From: Deltaproteobacteria bacterium
GTDB taxonomy: Bacteria; Myxococcota_A; Polyangia; Fen-1088
NCBI GenBank assembly: GCA_033763315.1
Contig: JANRKS010000032.1
Location: forward strand, 224,001-288,000
Direction: 5' to 3'
DNA length: 64,000 bases
Below, piece by piece: positions 47,275 to 57,475 of this stretch. How positions within the stretch are numbered: the stretch's first letter is position 1; each line of letters starts with the position of its first letter. The notes below the pieces were generated by a model that was not told the DNA's origin, searched no databases, and saw nothing but the letters and a program-made list of their open reading frames with translations. Both the position numbers and the translations under genes were made by a program.

Positions 47275-49113
47275 CTACTTCGATAGCTCAGCCAAGAAGG
47301 CTTCGCCGTATTCCGCGAGTTTTTTCGGACCTACGCCTGGCAGCGCCAGAAATTCAGATTCTGAGCGCGGGCACAGCGTGGCCATCGCGCGCAGTGTGGC
47401 GTCGGAAAACACGATGTATGCAGGCAGCTTGCGTTCGTCTGCCAGTTGTTTGCGCAAGGCTTTAAGGCGCGTAAACAGATCGGCGTCCCACGTTTCTGCG
47501 TCCAGATCCATGCGCCGTGCGCCGATTGCGTCTTCGAATCGCGACAGCACTGGCGTCCGCTTCTTCGTGGGCTTCGGCAGGTTGTGCAGCAGATCCCAGC
47601 GCGCGCAGATGTCGCATGAGCTGCCGCAGCTTGAAAGCGATTCGCCTAGGTATTGCACCACCGATTGGTGGCGGCACACGCGACGATCCGCCATGTCGAA
47701 CATCTCACGGGTCTGCGCGCGGTTGCGGGCAGCGGCGTCGGCTGGGCCATCATCGATGAAGCGATCATAACTCATCACATCGGCCCACGAATAAAACAGC
47801 ACGCAATCGGATTGCAAACCATCGCGGCCCGCGCGGCCGATCTCTTGGTAATAGCTTTCCACCGAGCGCGGCATATCGCGGTGAATGACGTAGCGAATGT
47901 TTGATTTGTTGATGCCCATGCCAAACGCGATCGTGGCCACCACCACGTCGTAATCGTCGCGCAAAAACGCGTCTTGCACGCGGTCGCGTTCCACCGGATC
48001 CAACCCCGCGTGATAGGCCGACGCGCGCACGCCGGCTTCCTGCAAGAAAGCCGCGATGCTTTCCACCGACTTGCGCGTGATGCAATAAACGATGCCGCTT
48101 TCACCTTGGCGGCTGCGGATGATGTTCAAGATCGAGTCGCGCGTTTTGCTTGCCCCTTCGCCTTTTTTGTAAGCGTGCAGGTGCAGGTTCGGGCGAAAGA
48201 AGCTGCCGCGAAAGCTGACAGGATCTTCCATGCCCAACTGTTCAACGATGTCGCGCCCAACCTCGGGCGTGGCCGTGGCGGTGAGAGCCAACACCGGCAA
48301 CCCGCCGAATCGTCGTTTCAGCCCCGCAAGATTGCGATACGCAGGGCGAAAATCGTGGCCCCATTGACTGATGCAGTGGGCTTCATCCACGGCCACAAGG
48401 CGAATGCGCGCTTTGGCCAACGCGCGGCCCACGGACGCTTCAATGCCCTCAGGTGCCGCGTATACAAGTTCGTAAGCGCCGGCGGCCAAACCTTCTTCGC
48501 GTTTGCGGCGCTCTTCGGATGGCAAGCTGCTGTTTAAGTACGTGGCGCGCAAACCGTTCTCGTTTACGCCATCCACTTGATCCTTCATCAACGCAATCAG
48601 CGGCGACACCACCAACGTGGTGCCTCCCAAGACGCGCGCGGGAATTTGATATGTCAGTGATTTGCCGGCACCCGTGGGCATGATGCCGATGCAATCGCGC
48701 CCCGCGAGCACGGCGGAAATGATCTCCTTTTGGCCCGGCCGGAAGGCGTCGTAGCCGAACGCTTCTTTGAGCACCTTCAACGCGGAATCAATGGACACGG
48801 GCGCGGCGTGGGCGGCTTTGACGGCTTTGGCCAGCTTGGCCAAGCGGGGCAACGTTGTGTCGGCAAACGCGTGGGGCTGTTCTTTCCACAAGAGGCGAAG
48901 CTCGGCCAACCCAGCTTCAACTTCGGCGCGGCGCACGGGGCTGCCGGGGCCTTGTGACCACAGGGCCTCAAGGGCACTGACTTGGGCGGCAACGTTTTCG
49001 GCGGATGGGGCTTGCACAGAAGGTGTTTCGGTCGCTGGTTCCGGATGTTGCGATAAAAGTGGCCCGATTGCGACCTGGCTGTTGACCACTCGGCCGCAGC
49101 GCGTGAATTGCAT
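47275..49113 (-). CDS. recQ: RecQ family ATP-dependent DNA helicase
   Basis: MPTGAGKS, VDEAHCISQWGHDFRP, ATIAFGMGI, YYQEIGRAGRDG; Zn site CR..CGSSCDIC; HRDC PAYIVFSDATL. Start uncertain. Confidence 0.93.
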   Translation of the reverse strand: MQFTRCGRVVNSQVAIGPLLSQHPEPATETPSVQAPSAENVAAQVSALEALWSQGPGSPVRRAEVEAGLAELRLLWKEQPHAFADTTLPRLAKLAKAVKAAHAAPVSIDSALKVLKEAFGYDAFRPGQKEIISAVLAGRDCIGIMPTGAGKSLTYQIPARVLGGTTLVVSPLIALMKDQVDGVNENGLRATYLNSSLPSEERRKREEGLAAGAYELVYAAPEGIEASVGRALAKARIRLVAVDEAHCISQWGHDFRPAYRNLAGLKRRFGGLPVLALTATATPEVGRDIVEQLGMEDPVSFRGSFFRPNLHLHAYKKGEGASKTRDSILNIIRSRQGESGIVYCITRKSVESIAAFLQEAGVRASAYHAGLDPVERDRVQDAFLRDDYDVVVATIAFGMGINKSNIRYVIHRDMPRSVESYYQEIGRAGRDGLQSDCVLFYSWADVMSYDRFIDDGPADAAARNRAQTREMFDMADRRVCRHQSVVQYLGESLSSCGSSCDICARWDLLHNLPKPTKKRTPVLSRFEDAIGARRMDLDAETWDADLFTRLKALRKQLADERKLPAYIVFSDATLRAMATLCPRSESEFLALPGVGPKKLAEYGEAFLAELSK

Positions 49114-49168
49114 TTGTGGGGGCGGTGTGTGGCTTGCTCCGCTGGCCAGGCGCGGTTACCGTGGCGTT

Positions 49169-50236
49169 ATGTCTTTTCGCGCTGTTGTGATGGCCCTAGG
49201 TCTAGTTCTGCTCGGGGGGCTACCCATATCTGCTTCTGCCGAGGCGGCCCCCACTGAGGCCGATAAGGTTGAGGCTCGCAAGCATTTCGAGCAGGGCAAA
49301 CGGCTGTTCGATCTACGTCACTATATGGAATCCATCCCCGAATTCGAGGAGGCCTACCGCCTCATCGGCGATCCGGCTTTCCTTTACAACATCGCGCAGT
49401 CGTACCGTTTGGCCGACCGCCCGGACGAGGCCATCCACTACTACAACACGTTCTTAAAGCGTGATCCGAACACCCCCCGGCGCGAGGAAGTGGAGCGACG
49501 GCTGTCAGAGTTGCAAAGCGCCAAGGCGCCGCCCAACCAAGTGTCCGAGCCAGGCGCGCACTCCAACGAGCCAGCCCCGACGTCCAGCGAACCCCAGGCC
49601 GCGCCCCCACCGCCTGATACTGGATGGGGCGCCAATCCGGCCCCTGCGGATCCAAACGCACGGCCCTTGCCGGTGATCATTCCCGGACGAGCTGAACGTT
49701 TCTCGCGCGGCCTATTTTTTCAAGCCGAGCTGGGCCTGGGCGCCGTGGGCGCTGGGACGTCTGAGGACTATACGGGCTCGAAAGTTTCGCTGGTGGGTTT
49801 TGGGGCGCTTTTGAACCTGCGACTCGGGGTTTTTGTGCGGCCCCGGTTGGGTTTGTACCTTCAGGTGTCGTCGGCGGCGACCACGGATCCATCGTTTACG
49901 GCGGACGCCGGTGGCATGGACGTGTCGGGCACAGCTTCGGGCACACTCAGCCTTGGCGCGTTCGGTGGTGGCCTCGTCTACTACTTGCCGTCCGATTGGT
50001 TCGGCACGGCGGGGCTCGTGTTTCAGAAGCTGGGTTGGGATGGTGCGGATCCCATCTCAGACACACTCGGTGCCGCCTTGTCAGCTTCCATTGGCCATGA
50101 ATGGCGCCTTGGTGAACGCAGCTCGTGGGGCGTCGTTGCGCAGCTGTTGGCGGGCGGCGTTCCTGACAACGATGCGGGCGACGGATCTTGGACCACCTAC
50201 GCGCTGTGCATCGGCGGCGTGTTTACGTACAACTGA
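49169..50236 (+). CDS. TPR domain + outer-membrane beta-barrel protein
   Basis: Signal peptide; ARKHFEQG..FEEAY..LYNIAQSYR TPR; Pro linker; alternating beta strands ending FTYN. Confidence 0.8.
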   Translation: MSFRAVVMALGLVLLGGLPISASAEAAPTEADKVEARKHFEQGKRLFDLRHYMESIPEFEEAYRLIGDPAFLYNIAQSYRLADRPDEAIHYYNTFLKRDPNTPRREEVERRLSELQSAKAPPNQVSEPGAHSNEPAPTSSEPQAAPPPPDTGWGANPAPADPNARPLPVIIPGRAERFSRGLFFQAELGLGAVGAGTSEDYTGSKVSLVGFGALLNLRLGVFVRPRLGLYLQVSSAATTDPSFTADAGGMDVSGTASGTLSLGAFGGGLVYYLPSDWFGTAGLVFQKLGWDGADPISDTLGAALSASIGHEWRLGERSSWGVVAQLLAGGVPDNDAGDGSWTTYALCIGGVFTYN

Positions 50237-50918
50237 GCACGCCGTCGCGCATCGTCATCACCTGATGCGAAAGATGCGCCACCATGTGCAGGTCGTGCGA
50301 GATGAATACGTAAGCCAGGCCGTGGCGTTGCTGTAAATCCATCAGCAGGTTTGCGATCTGCGCGCCCACGCTCACGTCCAGCGCCGACAGTGGTTCGTCT
50401 GCCACCAGCAGCTTGGGTTGTGTGCACAGCGCGCGCGCGATCGCCACCCGCTGCTGCTGCCCGCCGGAAAGCTCATGGGGATAGCGCAAGGCGATCGCCT
50501 CGGTCAATCCCACGTCGGCTAAGGCTTGCTGCACGCGTTCCCGATGGTTTTGCTTTGTGGTGGTCACACGCTGCAGTGTTAAAGGCTCGCCCACAATCGC
50601 ACCCACGTGCATGCGCGGGTTCAACGACGCCACCGGGTTTTGAAACACCATGCTCATAAGTCGACTGTGCATGGCACTGCGTTGCGGTGGCAGCGTTTCT
50701 CCTTGCCACAGCAGCGCACCGGCATCCGCGCGTTCAAGCCCCACCACGAGCTTCGCCAACGTGCTTTTGCCACTGCCTGAGGCGCCCACGATCCCCAGCG
50801 TTTGCCCTTCATACACCGTGAATGACGCCTCCTTAACCACGCTGCGTGCGCCGCCCGCATAGCCGTATGACTTGCACAGACCTTGCGCTTGCAGCAACGC
50901 CGGTGAAGCCGCGCTCAT
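50223..50918 (-). CDS. Oligopeptide/dipeptide-type ABC ATP-binding protein (OppF-like)
   Basis: [50 protein letters not shown] and FISHDL. Confidence 0.92.
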   Translation of the reverse strand: MSAASPALLQAQGLCKSYGYAGGARSVVKEASFTVYEGQTLGIVGASGSGKSTLAKLVVGLERADAGALLWQGETLPPQRSAMHSRLMSMVFQNPVASLNPRMHVGAIVGEPLTLQRVTTTKQNHRERVQQALADVGLTEAIALRYPHELSGGQQQRVAIARALCTQPKLLVADEPLSALDVSVGAQIANLLMDLQQRHGLAYVFISHDLHMVAHLSHQVMTMRDGVLSCT

Positions 50919-50924
50919 GTGAGC

Positions 50925-51749
50925 CTACGGCTCGCCGCAGTTGACGTCGCGTACCAGCGCATCGGGCGGCGGCGAAAGGTGAAAGCTTTCTTCGGGAATC
51001 TCAGGGTTCACACGACGATCTTTGACCTTGATCTCCACGCCATCGTCAAAGCTGGCGAAGGGTTCAGCAAAGCGAATCACATCAGGGAACGCCACTGCAC
51101 CCGTCCAATGATGCTCTTCGTATCGCACGCGCCACCAACCTTGCTTGCCGCGGCTGTTGCTCGCCAAGCCTTCGGTGCCAATCACCACCCAGCCCTTGGC
51201 TTGCTTGCGCATCAACACGCGTGTTTGCTTTGTGTGGCCTTGCCCGTCGTTGGTGGCGAACACCAATCGTTCGGCGCCCACGTCGCCATCCCAATCGTGG
51301 GCCACAAGCTTTGCGTCGGCGCCCACAGGCGCATCACCCAACAAGATCGCCGCAATCTCATCGGGCGCCAAAGGTATGCGCACAAGCGACGCCACATTCT
51401 GTGGGCACGCGGGCCCTTGCTTAAATTCGTTGCGCTCCATATCCAGCAACGCAAACGCGCGCCCATCGGTTGTGAGCGCCGCCACGCTGCCTTTGAGGCT
51501 CACTTCGGCCTCGAAACGCAGTTTCCCTTGCCGGTTCACCAACATCAGCACGGTGGCGCGGACGCGATCGCCACCCAGCCAGCTGGTGGTGCGCGTTTCC
51601 AAGTTCAGGCTTTGGGTTGCGTTTTGCCTGGCTTGCAGAGCTTTGAGCAGTTCGTCATCCGGCGGCGCTGCGGTGGTGCGTTTGATCTGCGCGTGGCCGC
51701 ACGCCATCAGCGTTACGCAAGCCATTGATAGACGGAGCAGCGCCTTCAT
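50925..51749 (-). CDS. LolB/DUF4292-like lipoprotein
   Basis: Lipobox LMAC; LRFEA, VALTTDG-type strands, PDVIRF and C-terminal NPEIPEESFHLSPP typical of LolA/LolB-fold proteins; lies downstream of a TPR lipoprotein. Confidence 0.6.
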   Translation of the reverse strand: MKALLRLSMACVTLMACGHAQIKRTTAAPPDDELLKALQARQNATQSLNLETRTTSWLGGDRVRATVLMLVNRQGKLRFEAEVSLKGSVAALTTDGRAFALLDMERNEFKQGPACPQNVASLVRIPLAPDEIAAILLGDAPVGADAKLVAHDWDGDVGAERLVFATNDGQGHTKQTRVLMRKQAKGWVVIGTEGLASNSRGKQGWWRVRYEEHHWTGAVAFPDVIRFAEPFASFDDGVEIKVKDRRVNPEIPEESFHLSPPPDALVRDVNCGEP

Positions 51750-53509
51750 TTGCCACCTGGCTTCAAGATCGCGTTGAGCCGCGCGCGCATCGTTGGATCT
51801 TTGGTGAGCTCAAGCGCGCGGGTCACGTTGCGGCTTGCCAATTCCGTTTTGCCCTGCTTGGCGTAGAGCACCGCCACGTGGCCCAGGATCTCTGCGTCGT
51901 TGGGCTCGATGGCGGCGGCGCCTTCAAGAAACGGGGTGGCCGCCGTGGCGTTGTCCATCTGCATGTGAATCCAACCCACCGTATCCATGATCGCTGCGGA
52001 TCCGGGATCAAACGCGAGCGCCGCTTGCGCGCGGCCAAGTGCCTTGGGCAACATGTGTTTCTTTTCGGCGGCCACGAAGGCCCAAAAATTCAGCGCTTCG
52101 GCACTCGATAGGTCTTTTTTCAATACGGCTTCCGAAAGCGCCAACGCCTGCCGCCAATCGCCATACTTGTCTTCAAGCACCGCGCGTGACAGCGTCAGCC
52201 GCTGCGTGTGGCTGGGTTCATCACTGGTGAGCAGCAGCGTGCGGGCCTCGGGCAGCTTGCCCACGCTGGCCAACACCAATGCCCGGGCAACCAAAAGTTC
52301 TGATTGCATCGATTCATCCAGGGCGTCGCCCACCAACGGAGCCAACAACGCTTGCGCCGCTTCGCCTTGTCCTTGATCTCGGCGCAAAGCGGCCGCGCGC
52401 AGGCGGCTTTCAGCAAACGTGGGCGCGTCTTGTGGCACCGCTTCGAACGCGCGCGCGGCCTCATCGGGGCGGTGGCTGGCTTCCAGCACGGCACCTTTGG
52501 CCATCAATATGCGCCCCGCAAGTTCGGGGCCAGGTTGTGTGGCCAACACGGCGTCTGCCATCTCCAAGGCCTTCGGCAAACGCCCTGCCGCGCGCTCAAG
52601 CTCCATGCGCAAACCCAAAGACGAAGAATCCACCTCTGTGGTCTGCATTTGTTCCGCCACCGCGGCCGCTTCGTCGGGCAGACCACGTTGTGCAAGAAAC
52701 CCAGCGTACATGGCGGCCACGGATAGATCGCCTTCCGAACGTGACAACGCTTCGACGTACGTTGAACGCGCCTGATCTGGTTTGCCCAACACCGTTAACA
52801 AACGGGCCAGCAGCAAGCGGGCTTCAAGCTGATCCGGCTCCACGTGCAGCAGCCGCTCAAGGTAGCGTCGTGCGGCGGTAAGATCGCCCAACGCCCACGC
52901 GACAGAGGCCTGCCGGTAAAGGCCCATTTGCGACGTGGGCAAGCCGCTGAGCAACGATTCAAGCGTGGCCAACGCTTCTTGTGGCTGCAGGGCCATGATC
53001 TGCGCGTCCGCGCGCTCAAGGTAAACGCGTTCGGCGGCTTCAGCCTCGTTGGTGAAGTTCACAAGCGCCAGCGCTTGCTTTAGCACCTGGGCGGCAGCGC
53101 TTGCGTCGGCCCTGTGAAGATCGATGTGCGCCGATGCCACAACGCCATCAACGGTCGGGGCCACGCCCAACGATTTGCCCACGGCGGCTTGCGCTTGCGG
53201 CACATCATCGAGAGCCAAGTAAGCCTCGGCCAAGCGTGCATAAAGTTCGGCCGACTCAGGATCGTATTGCAGGGCCGCTTTGTATTCCACGATGGCGTCG
53301 GTGTAGCGATCTTCTTCTTCGTACACCATCGCGCGCGCGGCGTGTTCGTACGCGCGTGGGCTCACAGAGCGCGTTTCGATCAAACGCCCATCGACCAGCT
53401 TGGTGATCTTCGGTTGGCCACCACAAGCTCCAATCGCCACCATCAATGCGATCGCAAGCGGCAGGCGTAGGTTGGCCTGCCGCTTGTTCTTAAAGCGGGA
53501 TGTTGCCAT
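51746..53509 (-). CDS. Tetratricopeptide-repeat lipoprotein
   Basis: Lipobox IGAC; TPR units; C-terminal ALNFWAF..IMDTVGW..EILGH typical of envelope TPR proteins. Confidence 0.85.
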   Translation of the reverse strand: MATSRFKNKRQANLRLPLAIALMVAIGACGGQPKITKLVDGRLIETRSVSPRAYEHAARAMVYEEEDRYTDAIVEYKAALQYDPESAELYARLAEAYLALDDVPQAQAAVGKSLGVAPTVDGVVASAHIDLHRADASAAAQVLKQALALVNFTNEAEAAERVYLERADAQIMALQPQEALATLESLLSGLPTSQMGLYRQASVAWALGDLTAARRYLERLLHVEPDQLEARLLLARLLTVLGKPDQARSTYVEALSRSEGDLSVAAMYAGFLAQRGLPDEAAAVAEQMQTTEVDSSSLGLRMELERAAGRLPKALEMADAVLATQPGPELAGRILMAKGAVLEASHRPDEAARAFEAVPQDAPTFAESRLRAAALRRDQGQGEAAQALLAPLVGDALDESMQSELLVARALVLASVGKLPEARTLLLTSDEPSHTQRLTLSRAVLEDKYGDWRQALALSEAVLKKDLSSAEALNFWAFVAAEKKHMLPKALGRAQAALAFDPGSAAIMDTVGWIHMQMDNATAATPFLEGAAAIEPNDAEILGHVAVLYAKQGKTELASRNVTRALELTKDPTMRARLNAILKPGGK

Positions 53510-55106
53510 GTTTGCGTGCGGGCAACGTTTCGCGCTTGTTAGCCAGATCGTCGAGCGCGCGGCACAAGCGGGCGCGCGTTTGCTGCGGCCGAATGATGCC
53601 GTCGATGTAGCCTAAGGCCGCGGCTTCGTAGGGGTTGGCGAACTTCTCCCGGTATTCGGCCACATACTTTGCGCGTGCGGCTTGCGGATCGGCCGCCTTG
53701 GCGATCTCGTTGCGGAAGATGATGTTCACGGCGCCCTCGGAGCCCATCACAGCGATCTCAGCGCTTGGGTAGGCCAAGTTGAGGTCGGCGCGTATGTGCT
53801 TTGACGCCATCACGTCGTAAGCGCCACCATACGCCTTGCGTGTGATCACGGTGATCTTCGGCACCGTGGCTTCGGCGTAGGCATAGAGCAACTTGGCACC
53901 GTGACGAATGATGCCGCCGAACTCTTGCGTGGTGCCAGGCAGAAAGCCAGGCACATCCACGAACGTCACCAACGGAATGTTGAACGCGTCGCAAAAGCGC
54001 ACGAAGCGCGCCGCCTTCACCGAGGCATCAATGTCTAAACACCCTGCCAGGTGCGCCGGTTGGTTTGCCACCACCCCCACGGGCCGACCACCCAAACGCG
54101 CGAAGCCGACCACGATGTTGCGCGCAAAATCCGGCTGAATCTCGAAGAACGCTGCATCGCCTTGGCCTTCCCCTTGATCCATGATGCGCGTCACCAATGT
54201 GCGCATGTCGTAGGGCCGTGCCGGATCATCAGGAATGAATGTATCCAGATCGGCGTCTTGTCGATCGACGGGATCTTGGCTTGCCCGACGCGGCGGATCT
54301 TCGCGGTTGTTCGACGGCAAGAACGCAAGCAGCGTTCGCAGCGCTTCTAGGCACGCGGGTTCGTTGTGAAAACTTCGGTGGGCCACGCCCGAGCGGCTGG
54401 CGTGCGTGTCGGCGCCTCCTAGATCTTCTTTTGTCACTTCTTCGTGCGTGACAGCGCGGATCACGTCGGGCCCTGTGATGAACATGTGGCTTGTGCCTTC
54501 CACCATGAACACGAAATCGGTGATCGCCGGCGAATAGACGGCACCACCGGCGCATGGGCCTAAAATTGCCGACAGTTGTGGCACCACGCCCGAAGCCATG
54601 GTGTTGCGCAAAAAGATATCGGCATAGCCGCCCAGCGAAGCCACGCCTTCTTGAATGCGCGCGCCGCCAGAATCGTTCAGGCCAATAACAGGCGCGCCAG
54701 TCTTCATCGCCAAATCCATCACTTTGCAGATCTTGCCCGCGTAAGCTTCAGACAACGATCCCCCGAATACCGTGAAGTCTTGCGCGAACACATACACGGT
54801 GCGGCCATCGATGCGGCCGCTGCCTGTGACAACGCCATCGCCTGGGATCTTTTGATCAGCCAAACCAAAAGCCGTTGAGCGGTGCGTGACGAGTTTATCG
54901 TATTCAATGAACGAGCCTGGATCACACAGCAGCTCCACGCGTTCGCGCGCGGTGAGTTTGCCCGACGCGTGTTGCTTCGCGATGCGGTCGGCACCGCCGC
55001 CTTGCTCGGCTTGGCGAAGAAGCGCATCCAAGCGTGCAAACGCGGGGCTGGGCGTGGCGGGAGGTGATGCGTTTGGATCAGAAGGTGGTGCAGAGGCAGC
55101 TGTCAC
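53490..55106 (-). CDS. pccB: Acyl-CoA (propionyl/methylmalonyl-CoA) carboxyltransferase beta subunit
   Basis: [56 protein letters not shown] and RKHGNIPL. Confidence 0.92.
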   Translation of the reverse strand: MTAASAPPSDPNASPPATPSPAFARLDALLRQAEQGGGADRIAKQHASGKLTARERVELLCDPGSFIEYDKLVTHRSTAFGLADQKIPGDGVVTGSGRIDGRTVYVFAQDFTVFGGSLSEAYAGKICKVMDLAMKTGAPVIGLNDSGGARIQEGVASLGGYADIFLRNTMASGVVPQLSAILGPCAGGAVYSPAITDFVFMVEGTSHMFITGPDVIRAVTHEEVTKEDLGGADTHASRSGVAHRSFHNEPACLEALRTLLAFLPSNNREDPPRRASQDPVDRQDADLDTFIPDDPARPYDMRTLVTRIMDQGEGQGDAAFFEIQPDFARNIVVGFARLGGRPVGVVANQPAHLAGCLDIDASVKAARFVRFCDAFNIPLVTFVDVPGFLPGTTQEFGGIIRHGAKLLYAYAEATVPKITVITRKAYGGAYDVMASKHIRADLNLAYPSAEIAVMGSEGAVNIIFRNEIAKAADPQAARAKYVAEYREKFANPYEAAALGYIDGIIRPQQTRARLCRALDDLANKRETLPARKHGNIPL

Positions 55107-55119
55107 GTGGCATTTCCGG

Positions 55120-55455
55120 TTATGTGGCATCAAGGCCAAGGCGTTCACGAACGTAGGCGTCTAACGTGCGTTTGGCTTCTAAGGAGGCCTGCGGGTAAGC
55201 GACGGCCATGCAGCCGTGCTCACCATCGCCTTCGGCGACTTCGCCCAGCAGTTCGGCGTGGCCCTTTACGATCAAAGGACCGGTACCATCGGGCAGGGTG
55301 AACACAAGTTCCACGGGCGTGCCCGGCTCCCAAGGCAGGGGCGTGTCGAAGGCGGCGCCTTGGGCCCCCACGTGCAGTGCCAAACGATAGGCGCGTCCCG
55401 CAGAGGCGCGGGCTTCCACGGGCAAGGCGCACGGAGCGGTCAGACCTAAACTCAC
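55120..55455 (-). CDS. Degenerate PilZ-like domain protein
   Basis: [27 protein letters not shown] resembles a PilZ barrel; lacks RxxxR and DxSxxG. Confidence 0.6.
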   Translation of the reverse strand: MSLGLTAPCALPVEARASAGRAYRLALHVGAQGAAFDTPLPWEPGTPVELVFTLPDGTGPLIVKGHAELLGEVAEGDGEHGCMAVAYPQASLEAKRTLDAYVRERLGLDAT

Positions 55456-55510
55456 GGGGTGCAGGGTACCACGGCGTGGTTAGTGAAGCGGAGCGTGCAC
55501 GTATCTGGGC

Positions 55511-55545
55511 AAAAGGAAACGGCCACGCCTTTCGGGGTGGCCGTT
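55511..55545 (-). terminator. Rho-independent terminator
   Basis: On the minus strand AACGGCCAC-cccgaaaggc-GTGGCCGTT followed by TCCTTTT, just after the stop at 55568. Confidence 0.8.
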
Positions 55546-55567
55546 GTCATCATCTGAAAAGCAGCTG

Positions 55568-56149
55568 TCACTCGTTGCAGGGGATGCTGCACAGACCGTC
55601 ACATTGCACGGTGCCGCCACACCCGCAGGGTTGGCCGTAGTCGATGGGGATCGCCACGCTGCAGGAGTTGTCGCAGTAAACAGTGCCCCCACAGGCGTCA
55701 CATTCCTCGAAGAGTTGCGTGGGCGGGCTGCTGCACTCGCCTTCGCAGCTGTAGCGGCCGGGTTGCACCCCCGTGCCCCGCTCAAAACAACCGCACGCGA
55801 GACCAGCGTTTGGCAGGCACGTGCCGCCACTGCCTCCGGTGCCACCGCTGCCGCCTACGCCACCGCTGCCACCCGCGCCGCCGCTGCCACCGGTGCCACT
55901 TCTGCCCCCGTGGCCGTCGTTGTCGCCGTGGCAGTCGTGGTCTTTGTCCTTCTTGTCCTTCTTATCTTTTTTGTCCTTCTTGTCTCTCTTATCCCTTTTT
56001 TCGCCCTTGTCCTTGTGGCCGTCCCTATGGCCAGCTTTGAGAGCCTGCGACGTTTGAAGGTCACTCTCGGACGTCTCGTCTTCGGGCGCACCGCACGAGA
56101 CAGCGCAAGCGAATAAACAAAGGACCGGAACGGATAGGAGAAGTTTCAT
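55568..56149 (-). CDS. Small lipoprotein with Lys/Asp repeat, Gly linker and Cys-rich C-terminus
   Basis: Lipobox AVSC; DKKDKKDKKDKKDKD; CGGTVYCDNSCS and CGGTVQCDGLCS repeats. Confidence 0.75.
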   Translation of the reverse strand: MKLLLSVPVLCLFACAVSCGAPEDETSESDLQTSQALKAGHRDGHKDKGEKRDKRDKKDKKDKKDKKDKDHDCHGDNDGHGGRSGTGGSGGAGGSGGVGGSGGTGGSGGTCLPNAGLACGCFERGTGVQPGRYSCEGECSSPPTQLFEECDACGGTVYCDNSCSVAIPIDYGQPCGCGGTVQCDGLCSIPCNE

Positions 56150-56242
56150 CGGGCAGCCTTTCGGTGGAGCAGCCCGTCCTTCCTATCTTTGTTGCCTACC
56201 CGCCGTCAACACGATGCATCGTTCGCTAAGTAAGCGAAAATA

Positions 56243-57475
56243 CTATTCATATCGAAGCGCTTCGATCGGGGGCACGCGCGCCGCCCGCACCGCTGGGTAG
56301 AGCCCCGAAAGCAGACCCACCGCCACCGAGACGGCCAATGACACAACGATCGATGAGGGCGTCACCACCGTGGGCCACGCGGCATACGCAGCCACCGTCT
56401 TCGCCAGCACCAGCCCTATGGCCACCCCCAACAGCCCACCGAGCGCGCTCAGCGTGAATGCCTCAACAAGAAACTGCAGCACCACGTCGCCGCGGGCCGC
56501 GCCAATGGCCCGCCGCACGCCGATCTCACGCGTGCGCTCCAACACGGAAGCCAACATGATGTTCATGATGCCGATGCCGCCCACCAACAATGATATGCCC
56601 GCGATGCAGCCCATCACGATGTTAAACAAGCGTTGCGTTTGTCGGCTTTGATCCAGCAACGCTTCAGGCACGATGATCTCGTAATCGTCAACGCCGCCGT
56701 GAAGCTTATCCAGCAACGTTTTCACCACGGCGGCGCTTTGGCGTGAATCCACCACGTCGTCTAACCGAATGATCACTTCATCCAAAGGGGAGGCGAGGGG
56801 ATCGCGTTCGAGCTTGCGTAGCGTGGTGCTGATCGGCAAGAACACGGCGCGGTCAAGCGATCCTGCTGGGCTCTCGCCACTGCTGGCGGCGTTGCCCGAG
56901 GCGGCCAACACGCCGATCACTTCACACCATAACTCATTGACCTTCAAACGCTTGCCCAACGCGGGGCCAAGCACAAACAGATCTCGCCTCACCGCCGCGC
57001 CCACCACGCACACTTGCGCGTGCTCGCGCTCGTCACGTTCGTCGATAAATCGACCCTGCGCCAGCGTCAGCGACAGCACGGCCGGATGCTTGGGCGAAAC
57101 GCCATACGCAGTGCCATCGGTCTTAAGCCCCGCGGATTGAATGCGCCACGGCTCGATCTTCAACCGCGGGCCCACCAAACGCACACCGGGCACCGCCTCT
57201 TCGATCGCAAGAACGTCACGCAGCGACAGGCCCATGGATTTTTTGCGAGCCTCGCGCAATTCATCGGGGCGCAGCTGTCGTGACTGAACCAGCACGTTGC
57301 GCAAGCCCAACCGATCGATCAAGTCGTGTGCCTGCGCGGCCGCACCCGCGCCGATCGCCAGCATACCGATCACCGCGCCCACGCCAAACATCACGCCCAG
57401 CATGGTGAGCCCCGCACGCAATTTGCGTGTGGCCAAGCTGTCGCGCGCGGACCGAAACGCCTCGCCCCAACTCAT
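56243..57475 (-). CDS. MacB-type ABC transporter permease
   Basis: LRAGLTMLGVMFGVGAVI, ISLLVGGIGIMNIMLASVLERTREIGVRRAIGA and PIEALRYE. Confidence 0.94.
   Translation of the reverse strand: MSWGEAFRSARDSLATRKLRAGLTMLGVMFGVGAVIGMLAIGAGAAAQAHDLIDRLGLRNVLVQSRQLRPDELREARKKSMGLSLRDVLAIEEAVPGVRLVGPRLKIEPWRIQSAGLKTDGTAYGVSPKHPAVLSLTLAQGRFIDERDEREHAQVCVVGAAVRRDLFVLGPALGKRLKVNELWCEVIGVLAASGNAASSGESPAGSLDRAVFLPISTTLRKLERDPLASPLDEVIIRLDDVVDSRQSAAVVKTLLDKLHGGVDDYEIIVPEALLDQSRQTQRLFNIVMGCIAGISLLVGGIGIMNIMLASVLERTREIGVRRAIGAARGDVVLQFLVEAFTLSALGGLLGVAIGLVLAKTVAAYAAWPTVVTPSSIVVSLAVSVAVGLLSGLYPAVRAARVPPIEALRYE

Noticed and set aside
48767-49168. Upstream extension of the TPR/beta-barrel ORF
   Set aside because: It overlaps recQ on the opposite strand; the signal peptide and -10 box point to a start at 49169.
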